Part shown: one piece after another, positions 36,989 to 46,497 of the stretch
Layout of the letters: each line of letters starts with the position of its first letter
How positions within the stretch are numbered: the first letter of the stretch is position 1
DNA from: Chthoniobacterales bacterium
Lineage (GTDB): Bacteria > Verrucomicrobiota > Verrucomicrobiia > Chthoniobacterales > JACTMZ01
Assembly (NCBI GenBank): GCA_044343805.1
Contig: JBIJDZ010000003.1
Location: 136-64,135 of the forward strand
Length of the DNA stretch: 64,000 nt
Reading direction: 5' to 3'
The notes under the pieces: generated by a model
The model's input: only the letters and a program-made list of their open reading frames with translations
Databases searched by the model: none
What the model was told of the DNA's origin: nothing
Translations under genes and position numbers: made by a program

Positions 36989-37133
36989 CGGGACTAATAC
37001 GAAACTCCTTTTGTCTCGGATGCACAACTATTTTTTGACCGGTTTGCGCTACTGGCGCCTTAAGCATCCGGCGAAGTTCTTGCTTTCCCGCCAGACCTGA
37101 GCTGACTCTCTGCCCCTTTCATTTTGACACCTT

Positions 37134-38342
37134 ATGACCGAGACCACCTTTGAACTATCGGAACACATTCCCCAGATGGCTAGGTTTGCCATCGTCATGG
37201 CCGTGCTTTTGGTGGTGCCTCTCTACTGCAAAAGGTTCCGCATACCTTCGGTGGTCGGCCTCATGCTTTGCGGGCTGGCTTTGGGACCAAGCGGGATTCA
37301 TTTTTTCCCGAAAGAACCCCATGTCGTAGAGTTTTTCGGCGAGTTGGGAAAATTGATGCTGATGTTTTTTGCCGGGCTGGAAATCGATCTGGACGACTTT
37401 CTCAAATCCCGCACACGGTGTCTGGTCTTCGGCTTACTGACGTTTGTCTTGCCGCTCGGGGCGGGACTCTGGCTTGCCAGTGCCTCGGGCTACAGTCTGC
37501 TGGCCGCTATTCTCATCGGATCACTCATCGCCTCCCACACACTTCTTGCTTACCCAGCAGTGAGAGAAGCCGGGCTGGGCGGTTCGCGAGCTGTCACTGT
37601 TACGTTGGGCGCCACTTTGATCACTGACATGCTGGCTTTGGTCACGCTGGCCATCTGCATCTCGATTTTTCAAACAGGTTTTTCACCGGCGGCAACAGGC
37701 TTCCAACTGCTTGAGTTGTCACTATTCATTCCCGCCGTGTTATTTGGCGGAGGATGGCTGGGACGCAAAGCAATGTTGCGCTACGGACATTCCACCGAAA
37801 GCCAGTTTGTCTTGATGCTCTTTATCATTGGCTTTGTAGCCTGGGCATCTGAGTTGATTCACCTCGAAGCCATCATCGGCGCGTTTCTGGCCGGCTTGGC
37901 CGTAAGCCGCGCGGTCCGGCAAAGCCGCGCGCGGGAGAATCTGGAGTTCCTCGGCAACAGTCTTTTCATCCCGCTGTTTTTTCTGACGCTCGGGTTCATC
38001 ATCGATATTCCGGTATTTTTCCAAACTCTGAGAGAGAACCTGCCTTTTGTGGCGGGAATCGTGCTGGCCCTGTTCGCCGGCAAGTATCTGGCTGCGCTCG
38101 GCTACAGTCTTATTTGTCGCGCCCCTCTTCACGAGGTGCCGCTCATCGCCTCTCTCAGTTTACCGCAGGTTGCGGCAACTCTGGCCGCGGCTCTTGTCGG
38201 GCATCAGACCTTGAACGCACAAGGAGAGCGTCTTCTCGATCAGGCAGTGGTCAACACCATCATTGTCTTGATGCTGCTCACATCCATTGTCGGGCCGGTT
38301 TTGACCGGACGCTATCTGCACAAAAACGCAAAAAACCAATGA
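37134..38342 (+). CDS. Cation:proton antiporter (CPA2 / Kef-type membrane domain only)
   Basis: 402 aa, about 12 TM helices. ...PSVVGLMLCGLALGPSG...ELGKLMLMFFAGLEIDL.... Confidence 0.85.
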   Translation: MTETTFELSEHIPQMARFAIVMAVLLVVPLYCKRFRIPSVVGLMLCGLALGPSGIHFFPKEPHVVEFFGELGKLMLMFFAGLEIDLDDFLKSRTRCLVFGLLTFVLPLGAGLWLASASGYSLLAAILIGSLIASHTLLAYPAVREAGLGGSRAVTVTLGATLITDMLALVTLAICISIFQTGFSPAATGFQLLELSLFIPAVLFGGGWLGRKAMLRYGHSTESQFVLMLFIIGFVAWASELIHLEAIIGAFLAGLAVSRAVRQSRARENLEFLGNSLFIPLFFLTLGFIIDIPVFFQTLRENLPFVAGIVLALFAGKYLAALGYSLICRAPLHEVPLIASLSLPQVAATLAAALVGHQTLNAQGERLLDQAVVNTIIVLMLLTSIVGPVLTGRYLHKNAKNQ

Positions 38343-39985
38343 TCCAATCGTCGAGCATTAGGGCGTTTTTTTTGACCGTGTCTTGCGTCCTTGTCAGCGG
38401 GTGTGCCGTCGTGGGGGTCAGGATCCAAGACGAATCCTCCAACTCAATCCGCCGATATGCGCGGGCAGCTGCTCATGACAACGGCTTGCATGTCGCTGCC
38501 GTCCAACTCGATCGCGCCAACCAACCGCGCATAGCAACCAGCCAAAAATTGGCCGCTTTGATCGAAGCGATACAGCTGACCGACGGGGTCTCACCGGGAA
38601 ACCCGCTCTCGGAAGTCAACAGGGCAGCCACAACCCAGATTGTCAGCATCATGCAGGCCGCTAATTTTGCTCCACTGGACGTCGCGGGATACAAACATCC
38701 GTTGACGATTCGCCGTGAGTCAAAAAATACGTTAAATCCCCAGACATCCGACCGACTCATTCGTGCCGACACGATCAGCATCCGCGGATTGCGCCGTAGA
38801 ACGCAGCAGAGCGGATCAGGAGTTCCCTATGTCGCGTGGTTTGCACCAAAGTCACCCTCTCTTCGCGGCCAAGCAGGCATCCCTCCATTAGCCGGACTGA
38901 GTGAACCGGTTACCGCTGTGGTGGAGACGCATGCCGGACAACCCGCGTTGGTTTTCTACCGCACACTGCAAACAGACCACGTCAATATTGGGGGAAAGAA
39001 TCTATCTCTGGCCGCCGATTACTCCGGACAACTGGCTTACCTGATCACTCAGGGGCGCAACCGAAACCTCGACATTAATGCACTGCTTTTTACCGACCGC
39101 AACATGGACAACGCCGGTCTGTATCAATTTGAACGCTTCGATCCGGATAAAATCCCCGTTGTCTTTGTCCACGGGCTGATGTCGCGTCCGGAAACATGGA
39201 CCCAAGCCGTGAATCAACTCTTATCGGATCAGGAAATCCGGGCGCGCTACCAATTCTGGTTTTTCCTGTATCCCACCGGATTACCCGTCTGGACGTCTGC
39301 CGCAAAACTGCGCGGCGAACTCGACCGCTTCCGCGCCACTTTTGATCCGCAGCTCCGCAACCGTAACCTTGACCGTATGGTGCTGGCCGGGCACAGCATG
39401 GGTGGCCTTATCTCCAGCCTCCAGATCCGCGAGGGTGGACGCAATCTTTGGCAGCAATTCATGGATACGCCCCCGGAGAGCCTACGCATCTCAGCGGAAG
39501 CAAAGCGCCAGATTATCGAGATCGTCGATTTCAAGCCGCGGCGGGATGTGGCGCGAGTGGTTTTTTTTGCCACACCGCACCAAGGCAGCGGCTTGGCCGT
39601 GAATCCTATGGCGAAATTTTTCGCCGGCCTTGTGCGTTTGCCGTTTTCACCATTCGAACGAGACCGCATGGCCTTCGCCCAAGCCATTCGTGAGGATCTG
39701 CGTGGACTGTTTGTCACGCCGGCCAACAGCCTTGTCTTTCTGCGCGCCAAATCACCCCTGCTCATGGCCATCCTCAAGCTTCCGCTCAAAAAATCGATCC
39801 CCTACCACTCAATCATCGGCGACCGCGGCAAAGGCGATACGCCGGAAAGTTCCGACGGTGTCGTACCCTACTGGAGTTCTCACTTGCCCGGAGCCGCATC
39901 CGAAAAAATCGTACCTTCGGGACATGGAGCCAACGAGCATCCAGAGGGCATCGAGGAACTCCGACGCATCCTTAATAGCTATTGA
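38339..39985 (+). CDS. Alpha/beta-hydrolase lipoprotein (lipase/esterase, PGAP1/DUF676-like)
   Basis: ATG 38339 overlaps the antiporter stop (ATGA). MIQSSSIRAFFLTVSCVLVSGC (lipobox). PVVFVHGLMSRPETW, LAGHSMGGL and FFATPHQGS are present. Confidence 0.75.
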   Translation: MIQSSSIRAFFLTVSCVLVSGCAVVGVRIQDESSNSIRRYARAAAHDNGLHVAAVQLDRANQPRIATSQKLAALIEAIQLTDGVSPGNPLSEVNRAATTQIVSIMQAANFAPLDVAGYKHPLTIRRESKNTLNPQTSDRLIRADTISIRGLRRRTQQSGSGVPYVAWFAPKSPSLRGQAGIPPLAGLSEPVTAVVETHAGQPALVFYRTLQTDHVNIGGKNLSLAADYSGQLAYLITQGRNRNLDINALLFTDRNMDNAGLYQFERFDPDKIPVVFVHGLMSRPETWTQAVNQLLSDQEIRARYQFWFFLYPTGLPVWTSAAKLRGELDRFRATFDPQLRNRNLDRMVLAGHSMGGLISSLQIREGGRNLWQQFMDTPPESLRISAEAKRQIIEIVDFKPRRDVARVVFFATPHQGSGLAVNPMAKFFAGLVRLPFSPFERDRMAFAQAIREDLRGLFVTPANSLVFLRAKSPLLMAILKLPLKKSIPYHSIIGDRGKGDTPESSDGVVPYWSSHLPGAASEKIVPSGHGANEHPEGIEELRRILNSY

Positions 39986-40079
39986 TTATCTCAGAAGAAC
40001 GGTCCTGATATTTATTGCTGATTCTGCATAGCCGCTTGGCAGCAGATATGGAAAAATCCATGGTCGCTCATTTACGCTG

Positions 40080-40325
40080 ATGCTAGACGCTATTGCACTG
40101 ATTCTTTTGATATTTCTGTTTGTCACCTTGGCTGCGGCAGTGATCGCTTTGTTTGATCTTCCCTACAAAGTAGCCGTCCAACGCAACCACCCGCAGCGAG
40201 ATGCGATCCATGCCGCTTGTTGGCTGAGTCTGTTCACACTCGGCGCTCTGTGGCCGTTGGCACTGATTTGGTCGTTGGCCGTTCCGCTAACTCTCAAGGT
40301 TGAATCCTCTCACAAACCGTCCTAA
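40080..40325 (+). CDS. DUF3302-like small membrane protein (YiaW-like)
   Basis: 81 aa with two TM helices. ...FDLPYKVAVQRNHPQRDAIHAACWLSLFTLGALWPLALIW. Confidence 0.65.
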   Translation: MLDAIALILLIFLFVTLAAAVIALFDLPYKVAVQRNHPQRDAIHAACWLSLFTLGALWPLALIWSLAVPLTLKVESSHKPS

Positions 40326-40331
40326 CCGGCC

Positions 40332-41324
40332 ATGGTCACGCTGCTAGCACTTATCTACACGTCGTTTCTTTGGCTGGTATTCGGGCAATTCAAGCTGCTC
40401 TCGCTCAACAAATGGACGGGCTTGGCCTCCGCGCTCCTCGGGTTCTTTGGGATCGGATTCATCCTCCTCATGATGAATCTTTACCAACCCTACACGCCCG
40501 ACGGCCGCTTCTACTTTTACACGACACCGATCGTCAGCGAGGTCAAAGGTCTCGTCAAAGAGGTCGCAGTGAATCCAAACGAACCGATCAAAGAAGGCGA
40601 CGTTCTTTTTCGCCTCGGCGACACGGGTTACAAAATCTCTGTCGAGACGGCCAAAGCCGCTTACGATCGCGCCCTTGCCGCCTATGAGGGAACCAAGCGC
40701 GAATACGAACGTGCGATGACCATGCTGCAAAACCAAACCATCTCTCAACAAGACTTTGACATGAAACGCGACGCCGCGACCGTCGCTTACAATGAAGCCA
40801 AGCGTCTGCAGTCCGCACTGGAAGACGCCCAGCACGACCTAGATCGCACTGTAGCGCGTGCACCGGCGGACGGTTTCATCACACAGCTTCGCCTTGAACC
40901 TGGAACCATGGCGGTGCCTATGCCACTCGCCCCGCTCATGACTTTTGTAAGCACTTCAAAGCAAGACTTTGTCGCCTCCTTCCGCCAGAACGTTTTGCAG
41001 GAGATCGATCCAGGTGATCCGGCCGAACTGGCCTTCGACGGCATACCGGGTAAGGTGATCCGAGGCGAAGTCGAAAAGATTTTGCCTGTCATTGCCGAAG
41101 GACAACTTGCGCCGGGTGCCGACCTCATTTCAGCCACCAAGCCCCTTCCTGCCGGTCGCGCTGCCGTCGTCATAAAAATCACCGATGACTTGTCGCCCTA
41201 CGAGCTGCCGGTCGGGTCTTCGGCCCAAGTCTGTGTTTATACGGGCCGCAGCAAGCCGACAGAGGTCATCCGTAAAATTCTCATCCGCATGCAGGCTTGG
41301 AAAAATTACCTCTTTTTACCCTAA
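40332..41324 (+). CDS. HlyD-family membrane-fusion-type protein (YiaV/YibH-like)
   Basis: 330 aa. N-terminal TM helices, a lipoyl-like hairpin (SEVKGLVKEVAVNPNEPIKEGDVLFRL), a coiled coil, and a beta-barrel (VARAPADGFITQL). Confidence 0.75.
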   Translation: MVTLLALIYTSFLWLVFGQFKLLSLNKWTGLASALLGFFGIGFILLMMNLYQPYTPDGRFYFYTTPIVSEVKGLVKEVAVNPNEPIKEGDVLFRLGDTGYKISVETAKAAYDRALAAYEGTKREYERAMTMLQNQTISQQDFDMKRDAATVAYNEAKRLQSALEDAQHDLDRTVARAPADGFITQLRLEPGTMAVPMPLAPLMTFVSTSKQDFVASFRQNVLQEIDPGDPAELAFDGIPGKVIRGEVEKILPVIAEGQLAPGADLISATKPLPAGRAAVVIKITDDLSPYELPVGSSAQVCVYTGRSKPTEVIRKILIRMQAWKNYLFLP

Positions 41325-41475
41325 TGCGACCTTTCGCGAGAGCACGCCAGCCTAGTAAAAGTTTAATTTAACAACCGCACCGACTTTTCTGCGCATTTTG
41401 CATAGCGCGGCGACTTTTGATCCTTTAGCCATTCACTTCCCAATCAGACCAGACACACAAGAAATCTAAGTTCTC

Positions 41476-43011
41476 ATGAAAAAATCGATCCACCTCATCA
41501 CCCTTGCGTTGACCGCATTTTTGCTCACATGCACGAATGCCTCAGCGCAAGCAGCCAAAAAGCCGAACATCCTTGTCATCTGGGGCGATGACATCGGCCA
41601 GTTCAACGTCAGCGCCTACAATATGGGCATGATGGGCTACAAAACACCCAACATCGACAGCATCGCCAAACAAGGCGCGCTCTTCACCGACTGGTATGGC
41701 CAGCAATCCTGCACCGCCGGCCGCGCCGCCTTCATCACCGGTCAGTCGCCCATCCGTACCGGCCTGACCAAAGTCGGCCTACCTGGCACACCCGAAGGCA
41801 TGAAGATCGAAGACCCGACTATCGCAACTCTGCTTAAGGCACAGGGCTATGTGACCGGTCAGTTCGGCAAGAACCACCTCGGTGACCGCGACGACATGCT
41901 GCCGACCAACCACGGCTTCGATGAATTCTTTGGCAACCTTTACCACCTCAACGCCGAGGAAGAACCCGAGCATCCCGACTACCCGAAGGACTCGGAATTC
42001 AAAAAGAAATGGGGACCCCGCGGCGTCATCCACAGTTTCGCCGGAGGCAAGATTGAGGACACCGGCCCGCTGACCCGCAAGCGCATGGAAACCATCGACG
42101 AGGAAGTCAATGCCAAGGCCGTCGATTTCATGGAACGAGCCGTCAAAGAGGACAAACCTTTCTTCATCTGGTGGAACTCCACCCGTATGCACATTTTCAC
42201 CCACCTCAAAGATGAGTCGGACGGCAAAACCGGCCTCGGCATCTACGCCGACGGCATGGTCGAACACGACGGGCACGTCGGCTTGATCCTCGCCAAACTC
42301 AAGGAACTCGGTATCGAGGATAATACCATCGTCATGTATTCAACCGACAATGGCGCGGAAGCTTTCACCTGGCCCGACGGAGGTACCACCATGTTCCGTG
42401 GCGAGAAGAACACGCAGTGGGAAGGCGGTTACCGCGTTCCCTGCATGATCAAATGGCCCGGCGTGATCCAACCCGGCACGATCATCAATGACATCGGCGC
42501 CCATGAGGACATGCTCCCGACCCTCGTCTCCGCCGCCGGTAATCCGGACGCCAAAGAGCAGCTCCTCAAAGGCGCCAAAGTCGGCGACCGCTCCTACAAG
42601 GTGCACATCGATGGCTACAATCTGTTGCCTGCGCTGAAAGGCGAAAGCGAATGGCCTCGACGCGACTTCATTTACTGGACCGATGACGGCAGCGTCGCCG
42701 CTCTCCGCTATGACAACTGGAAGATCACCTTCCTAGAGCAGCAGGCACACGGCCTGCATGTGTGGCAGCAACCTTTCGTCGAGCTCCGCGCCCCCATCCT
42801 CAACAACCTCCGCATGGACCCGTTCGAACTCTCGCAAGATATCGGCATGGATTACGGCCGCTGGTATCTCGAGCACATGTTTGTCATCGCGCCGGCCACG
42901 GCCTACGTCGGGCAATGGCTGCAGAGCTTCAAGGAGTTCCCGCCGCGACAGAAGCCCGGCAGCTTCAACCTCGACCGAGTGATGGAAGCGGTCACCAACG
43001 TCCAGCAGTAA
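41476..43011 (+). CDS. Secreted arylsulfatase (S1 formylglycine-dependent family)
   Basis: 511 aa. Signal peptide, KPNILVIWGDDIG, sulfatase signature SCTAGRAAFITG (a CxAxR variant), GKNHLGD and STDNGAE. Confidence 0.88.
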   Translation: MKKSIHLITLALTAFLLTCTNASAQAAKKPNILVIWGDDIGQFNVSAYNMGMMGYKTPNIDSIAKQGALFTDWYGQQSCTAGRAAFITGQSPIRTGLTKVGLPGTPEGMKIEDPTIATLLKAQGYVTGQFGKNHLGDRDDMLPTNHGFDEFFGNLYHLNAEEEPEHPDYPKDSEFKKKWGPRGVIHSFAGGKIEDTGPLTRKRMETIDEEVNAKAVDFMERAVKEDKPFFIWWNSTRMHIFTHLKDESDGKTGLGIYADGMVEHDGHVGLILAKLKELGIEDNTIVMYSTDNGAEAFTWPDGGTTMFRGEKNTQWEGGYRVPCMIKWPGVIQPGTIINDIGAHEDMLPTLVSAAGNPDAKEQLLKGAKVGDRSYKVHIDGYNLLPALKGESEWPRRDFIYWTDDGSVAALRYDNWKITFLEQQAHGLHVWQQPFVELRAPILNNLRMDPFELSQDIGMDYGRWYLEHMFVIAPATAYVGQWLQSFKEFPPRQKPGSFNLDRVMEAVTNVQQ

Positions 43012-43190
43012 TCAACACCGCGGGACAATTCTTCAGCAGTCAGGGCCCGCACGAGCGGGCCCTGACCTTGTTACCCCAAGCAGCACCGACTCACCTCACC
43101 ATCACCGCGATGACCACCTTCGCCCAAGCCACCCCCGACCCCGCAGTGAAGTGCATGATCCGTCCTGAGACAGCCCCGGGCCGGACTCGA

Positions 43191-44192
43191 ATGCCACATC
43201 GGAGCGCCGCCGTATTCTTTGCTTTCCTCGCCACCGTCATAACAGCCCCCGGCGCTCAGCTTATCAAAGCAGCCGCACCCCTCGCCTCGTGGCACGACAC
43301 CGCAGCCAAAGAGGCCATCGTCGACTTCGTCGCCAAAGTCACCGAAGAGGACTCCTCCGACTTTGTCCCTCCCGCCGAGCGCATTGCCGTTTTCGACAAT
43401 GATGGCACCCTGTGGCCGGAAAATCCGATACCCTTCCAACTCGCCTTTGCTCTCGACGAACTCAAACGCCGCCTGCCCGACGAGCCTGCGTGGAAAGACG
43501 ATCCCGCCGTTAAAGCCGCTTTGGCCGGCGACCTCCATCCCCTGCTAGCTGACCACTACCAAGGTCTCTTCCGCATCATCGAACTCACCGGTTCCAGTAT
43601 GACCACCGCCGAGTTCGCCGACCGCGTGCGCGCCTGGTTAGCCACCGCCAAACACCCGCGGTTCGACCGTCCCTACGATCAGCTCGCTTACCAACCCATG
43701 CTTGAGTTGCTCGCCTACCTCCGCGCCAACGGCTTCAAGACCTTCCTCGTCTCCGGCGGCGGCGCGGACTTCATGCGCGTCTTCAGCGAACGCGTCTACG
43801 GCATTCCGCCAGAGCAAGTTGTCGGCTCCAACACCCGCGTTGTCTACGAATTGCGCAAAGACGGCCCTGTTCTCGTCAAAACGATGAACGACCTTTTCAT
43901 CGACGACAAATCGGCCAAGCCTGCCGGGATCCATCAGTTCATCGGTCGCCGCCCGATCGCCTGCTTCGGCAACAGCGACGGTGACAAAGCCATGCTCGAA
44001 TACACCACGATCAGTAATCCGCGTCCGTCTTTGGGGATGATCATTCACCACACCGATGCCGAGCGCGAATACGCCTACGACGCAAAACCGCAAAGCAGCG
44101 GTAAACTTGTCGAGGTCCTGAAGGATGCTCCGGGCCGCGGATGGGTTGTCGTGGACATGGCCGTAGATTGGCGCAATGTTTTTGCGCCGTGA
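43191..44192 (+). CDS. Secreted HAD-superfamily phosphatase (subfamily IB-like)
   Basis: ATG 43191: MPHRSAAVFFAFLATVITAPGA (signal peptide). Motif I is VFDNDGTLWPE; later FLVSGGG and FGNSDGD. Confidence 0.75.
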   Translation: MPHRSAAVFFAFLATVITAPGAQLIKAAAPLASWHDTAAKEAIVDFVAKVTEEDSSDFVPPAERIAVFDNDGTLWPENPIPFQLAFALDELKRRLPDEPAWKDDPAVKAALAGDLHPLLADHYQGLFRIIELTGSSMTTAEFADRVRAWLATAKHPRFDRPYDQLAYQPMLELLAYLRANGFKTFLVSGGGADFMRVFSERVYGIPPEQVVGSNTRVVYELRKDGPVLVKTMNDLFIDDKSAKPAGIHQFIGRRPIACFGNSDGDKAMLEYTTISNPRPSLGMIIHHTDAEREYAYDAKPQSSGKLVEVLKDAPGRGWVVVDMAVDWRNVFAP

Positions 44193-45223
44193 GAAAAAAA
44201 ATCCTCTTGCCGCTTCTCGCTTTGGCCGGAGGCTGCCAACCGGAACCTCCGCCGGCCGACATGACCCTTATCCCCGGTGGGAGTTTCAACATGGGATCAA
44301 ACGCCGAATATTCCTTTCCCAACGAGAGGCCCATGCATCAGGTCACGGTGGCTCCGTTTTACTTGGATACTCACCCGGTAACGAATGCCGAGTTCGCCGC
44401 ATTCGTCGAAGACACGGGTTATGTCACCGTGGCGGAGAAGCCGATCGACTGGGAGGAAATGAAAAAGCAAGTGCCACCCGGCACACCCAAGCCGCCCGAC
44501 GAAACCCTGCAACCCGGTTCCCTCGTCTTCCGCCCTACAGCCGGCCCGGTGGACCTGCGCAACATGGCGCAATGGTGGTTTTGGACCACCGGCGCCTCAT
44601 GGCGGCATCCGGAAGGCCCGGGCAGCACCATAACGGGCCGCGAGCATCATCCCGTCGTCCACATCGCATGGCAGGATGCCAACGCTTACGCCCAGTGGGC
44701 CGGGAAACGTTTGCCCACCGAGGCGGAGTGGGAATTTGCCGCCCGCGGCGGACAGGAAAACCAACGCTACGCGTGGGGTAACAAGGAGAACCCCGAAGGA
44801 AAGTTCATGGTCAATCGATGGACGGGAAAATTTCCGTATTTCAACGATGCGGTGGACGGCTTTGTCGGAACTTCTCCCGTGGCCTCATTTCCGCCCAACG
44901 GCTACGGCCTTCATGACATGGGCGGCAACGTCTGGAATTGGTGCAGCGACCTTTATCGCGCTGACACTTTCTTGATGCGGGCCCACCAACCTCCATCTTG
45001 TTGTGATCCCCAAGGCCCGGAAAGCACGCAGGGCGAGCAACGCATCCCAGGCGACCCCTCCCCGCCCATGGTGCCGGGCGAAGAGCGGCGCGTGATCAAA
45101 GGTGGGTCCTTTCTTTGCCACCCCGACTACTGCGAAAGTTACCGACCGGCTGCCCGCCGCGGCTCCGATCCGAAATCCTCGACCAGCCACATCGGCTTCC
45201 GCTGCGCCAAAGATGCACCATGA
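44189..45223 (+). CDS. Formylglycine-generating enzyme (SUMF1/FGE family) lipoprotein
   Basis: GTG 44189 (GTGA overlap) gives (M)RKKILLPLLALAGGC. ...MGSN....NERP.H.V.V.PFYLD.HPVTNAEF..FV..TGY.T.AE, HDMGGNVWNWC and GGSFLCH..YC.SYR are present. Confidence 0.85.
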   Translation: MRKKILLPLLALAGGCQPEPPPADMTLIPGGSFNMGSNAEYSFPNERPMHQVTVAPFYLDTHPVTNAEFAAFVEDTGYVTVAEKPIDWEEMKKQVPPGTPKPPDETLQPGSLVFRPTAGPVDLRNMAQWWFWTTGASWRHPEGPGSTITGREHHPVVHIAWQDANAYAQWAGKRLPTEAEWEFAARGGQENQRYAWGNKENPEGKFMVNRWTGKFPYFNDAVDGFVGTSPVASFPPNGYGLHDMGGNVWNWCSDLYRADTFLMRAHQPPSCCDPQGPESTQGEQRIPGDPSPPMVPGEERRVIKGGSFLCHPDYCESYRPAARRGSDPKSSTSHIGFRCAKDAP

Positions 45224-45318
45224 GACAACACTGATCTCTTGGATGTTGAAGGTTTGAGTATCGGTCAAATCGTCTTGCCCTTTTTCAGCAAGTCCTTCAA
45301 TTTCCGCGCCATTCGCGT

Positions 45319-45699
45319 ATGCGCCTGATCACCGCAGCTTTTTTCGCATTTCTACTATCGGCAGGTCCGCTTGGACTGCTGCAGGTTGTTGCCTGGACTG
45401 GCATGGTTGTTGATTACAGCTCTCGTTACGGGCTGACCGAAGGCATCAGCCGGACTTTTGACGGCAAACACCCGTGCTCGATGTGCGAAACCATCACGCA
45501 AACCCGCAAGGATGAAGCCTCCGCCAAATCGACCACATCCCTGCAGGCCAACAAAATCACTTACTTGGTAGCCGTGGTCATTTCTGTACCAAGACAAGAC
45601 GCCTCCCCAGCTCCGCAGGTTTATTTTGCTTCTCAGCGCTACTTCGAAGGGCACATCACCCAACCCGCCCTTCCACCGCCGCGACTTCTCGCGGCTTGA
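45319..45699 (+). CDS. Hypothetical membrane protein with CxxC motif
   Basis: 126 aa. N-terminal TM region LITAAFFAFLLSAGPLGLLQVVAWTGMVVDY, then TFDGKHPCSMCETI. No family recognised. Confidence 0.55.
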   Translation: MRLITAAFFAFLLSAGPLGLLQVVAWTGMVVDYSSRYGLTEGISRTFDGKHPCSMCETITQTRKDEASAKSTTSLQANKITYLVAVVISVPRQDASPAPQVYFASQRYFEGHITQPALPPPRLLAA

Positions 45700-45816
45700 G
45701 CTAATAATTGCTCTCACCCGGGCCATCGGCCCGGCCGGAAACTTACACATCAGGCAGTCCGTGTGGTCTGCCTGCTCTCTCCATCATTTCCACCGCCTTG
45801 TCCTCAGCAACTCACC

Positions 45817-46479
45817 ATGAAAACAAAAAACCATTTCAGCGGATTCAGTCTTGTCGAACTACTTGTTTCGTTGGCCATCGTCGCGCTGCTTGGCGCCATC
45901 GCCACCGCAGCGGGAAAGAGTGTCATTGAGTCATCTCAATCAGCCAAGTGTTTGAGCAACCTTCGCACCCTTGGCCTCGCCGCCATGGGCTATGCGTCTG
46001 ACAACGGCATGAAACTGCCCATGACGTCCCACAGCGGAGCCTCGGCCCAGTGGAAGGAAACTCTCAAGCCTTACTCCTCCGGCGATGTGGAATTCCGATG
46101 CCCGGCAGACAAAGCACGACCAGCCTACGGGCAATCATCACCGCGACCTTCAAGCTACGCAGTCAACGACTTGCTCACCCCGCACCCGTGCCAAGCACCA
46201 CATTTGGATTATTCTCACCTGAGCAAAATCTCTACACCCTCGAAAACCATCTATTTTGCCGAGTTGTCAGACATAAATTTCTCGGACCATCTGCACTTCT
46301 CGATGTTCTGGGGCGACGAGATTCCTCCCGAGGAATTTGCCCACATGGTAGCCGTCGAACGCCATGGTGATCGTTCCAATTATCTCTTTGCGGACGGACA
46401 CGCCGAAAGTCTCGCGTGGACCGAAGTCCAGCAACGTCTGCTGGCACCAAACAGCCGCTTGATCAATCCAACCCCATAA
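45817..46479 (+). CDS. Prepilin-type N-terminal cleavage/methylation-domain protein, DUF1559 (H-X9-DG) type
   Basis: ATG 45817: MKTKNHFSGFSLVELLVSLAIVALL. The C-terminal region reads ERHGDRSNYLFADGHAESL. Confidence 0.8.
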   Translation: MKTKNHFSGFSLVELLVSLAIVALLGAIATAAGKSVIESSQSAKCLSNLRTLGLAAMGYASDNGMKLPMTSHSGASAQWKETLKPYSSGDVEFRCPADKARPAYGQSSPRPSSYAVNDLLTPHPCQAPHLDYSHLSKISTPSKTIYFAELSDINFSDHLHFSMFWGDEIPPEEFAHMVAVERHGDRSNYLFADGHAESLAWTEVQQRLLAPNSRLINPTP

Positions 46480-46497
46480 ACACACCTCACCTATCCC

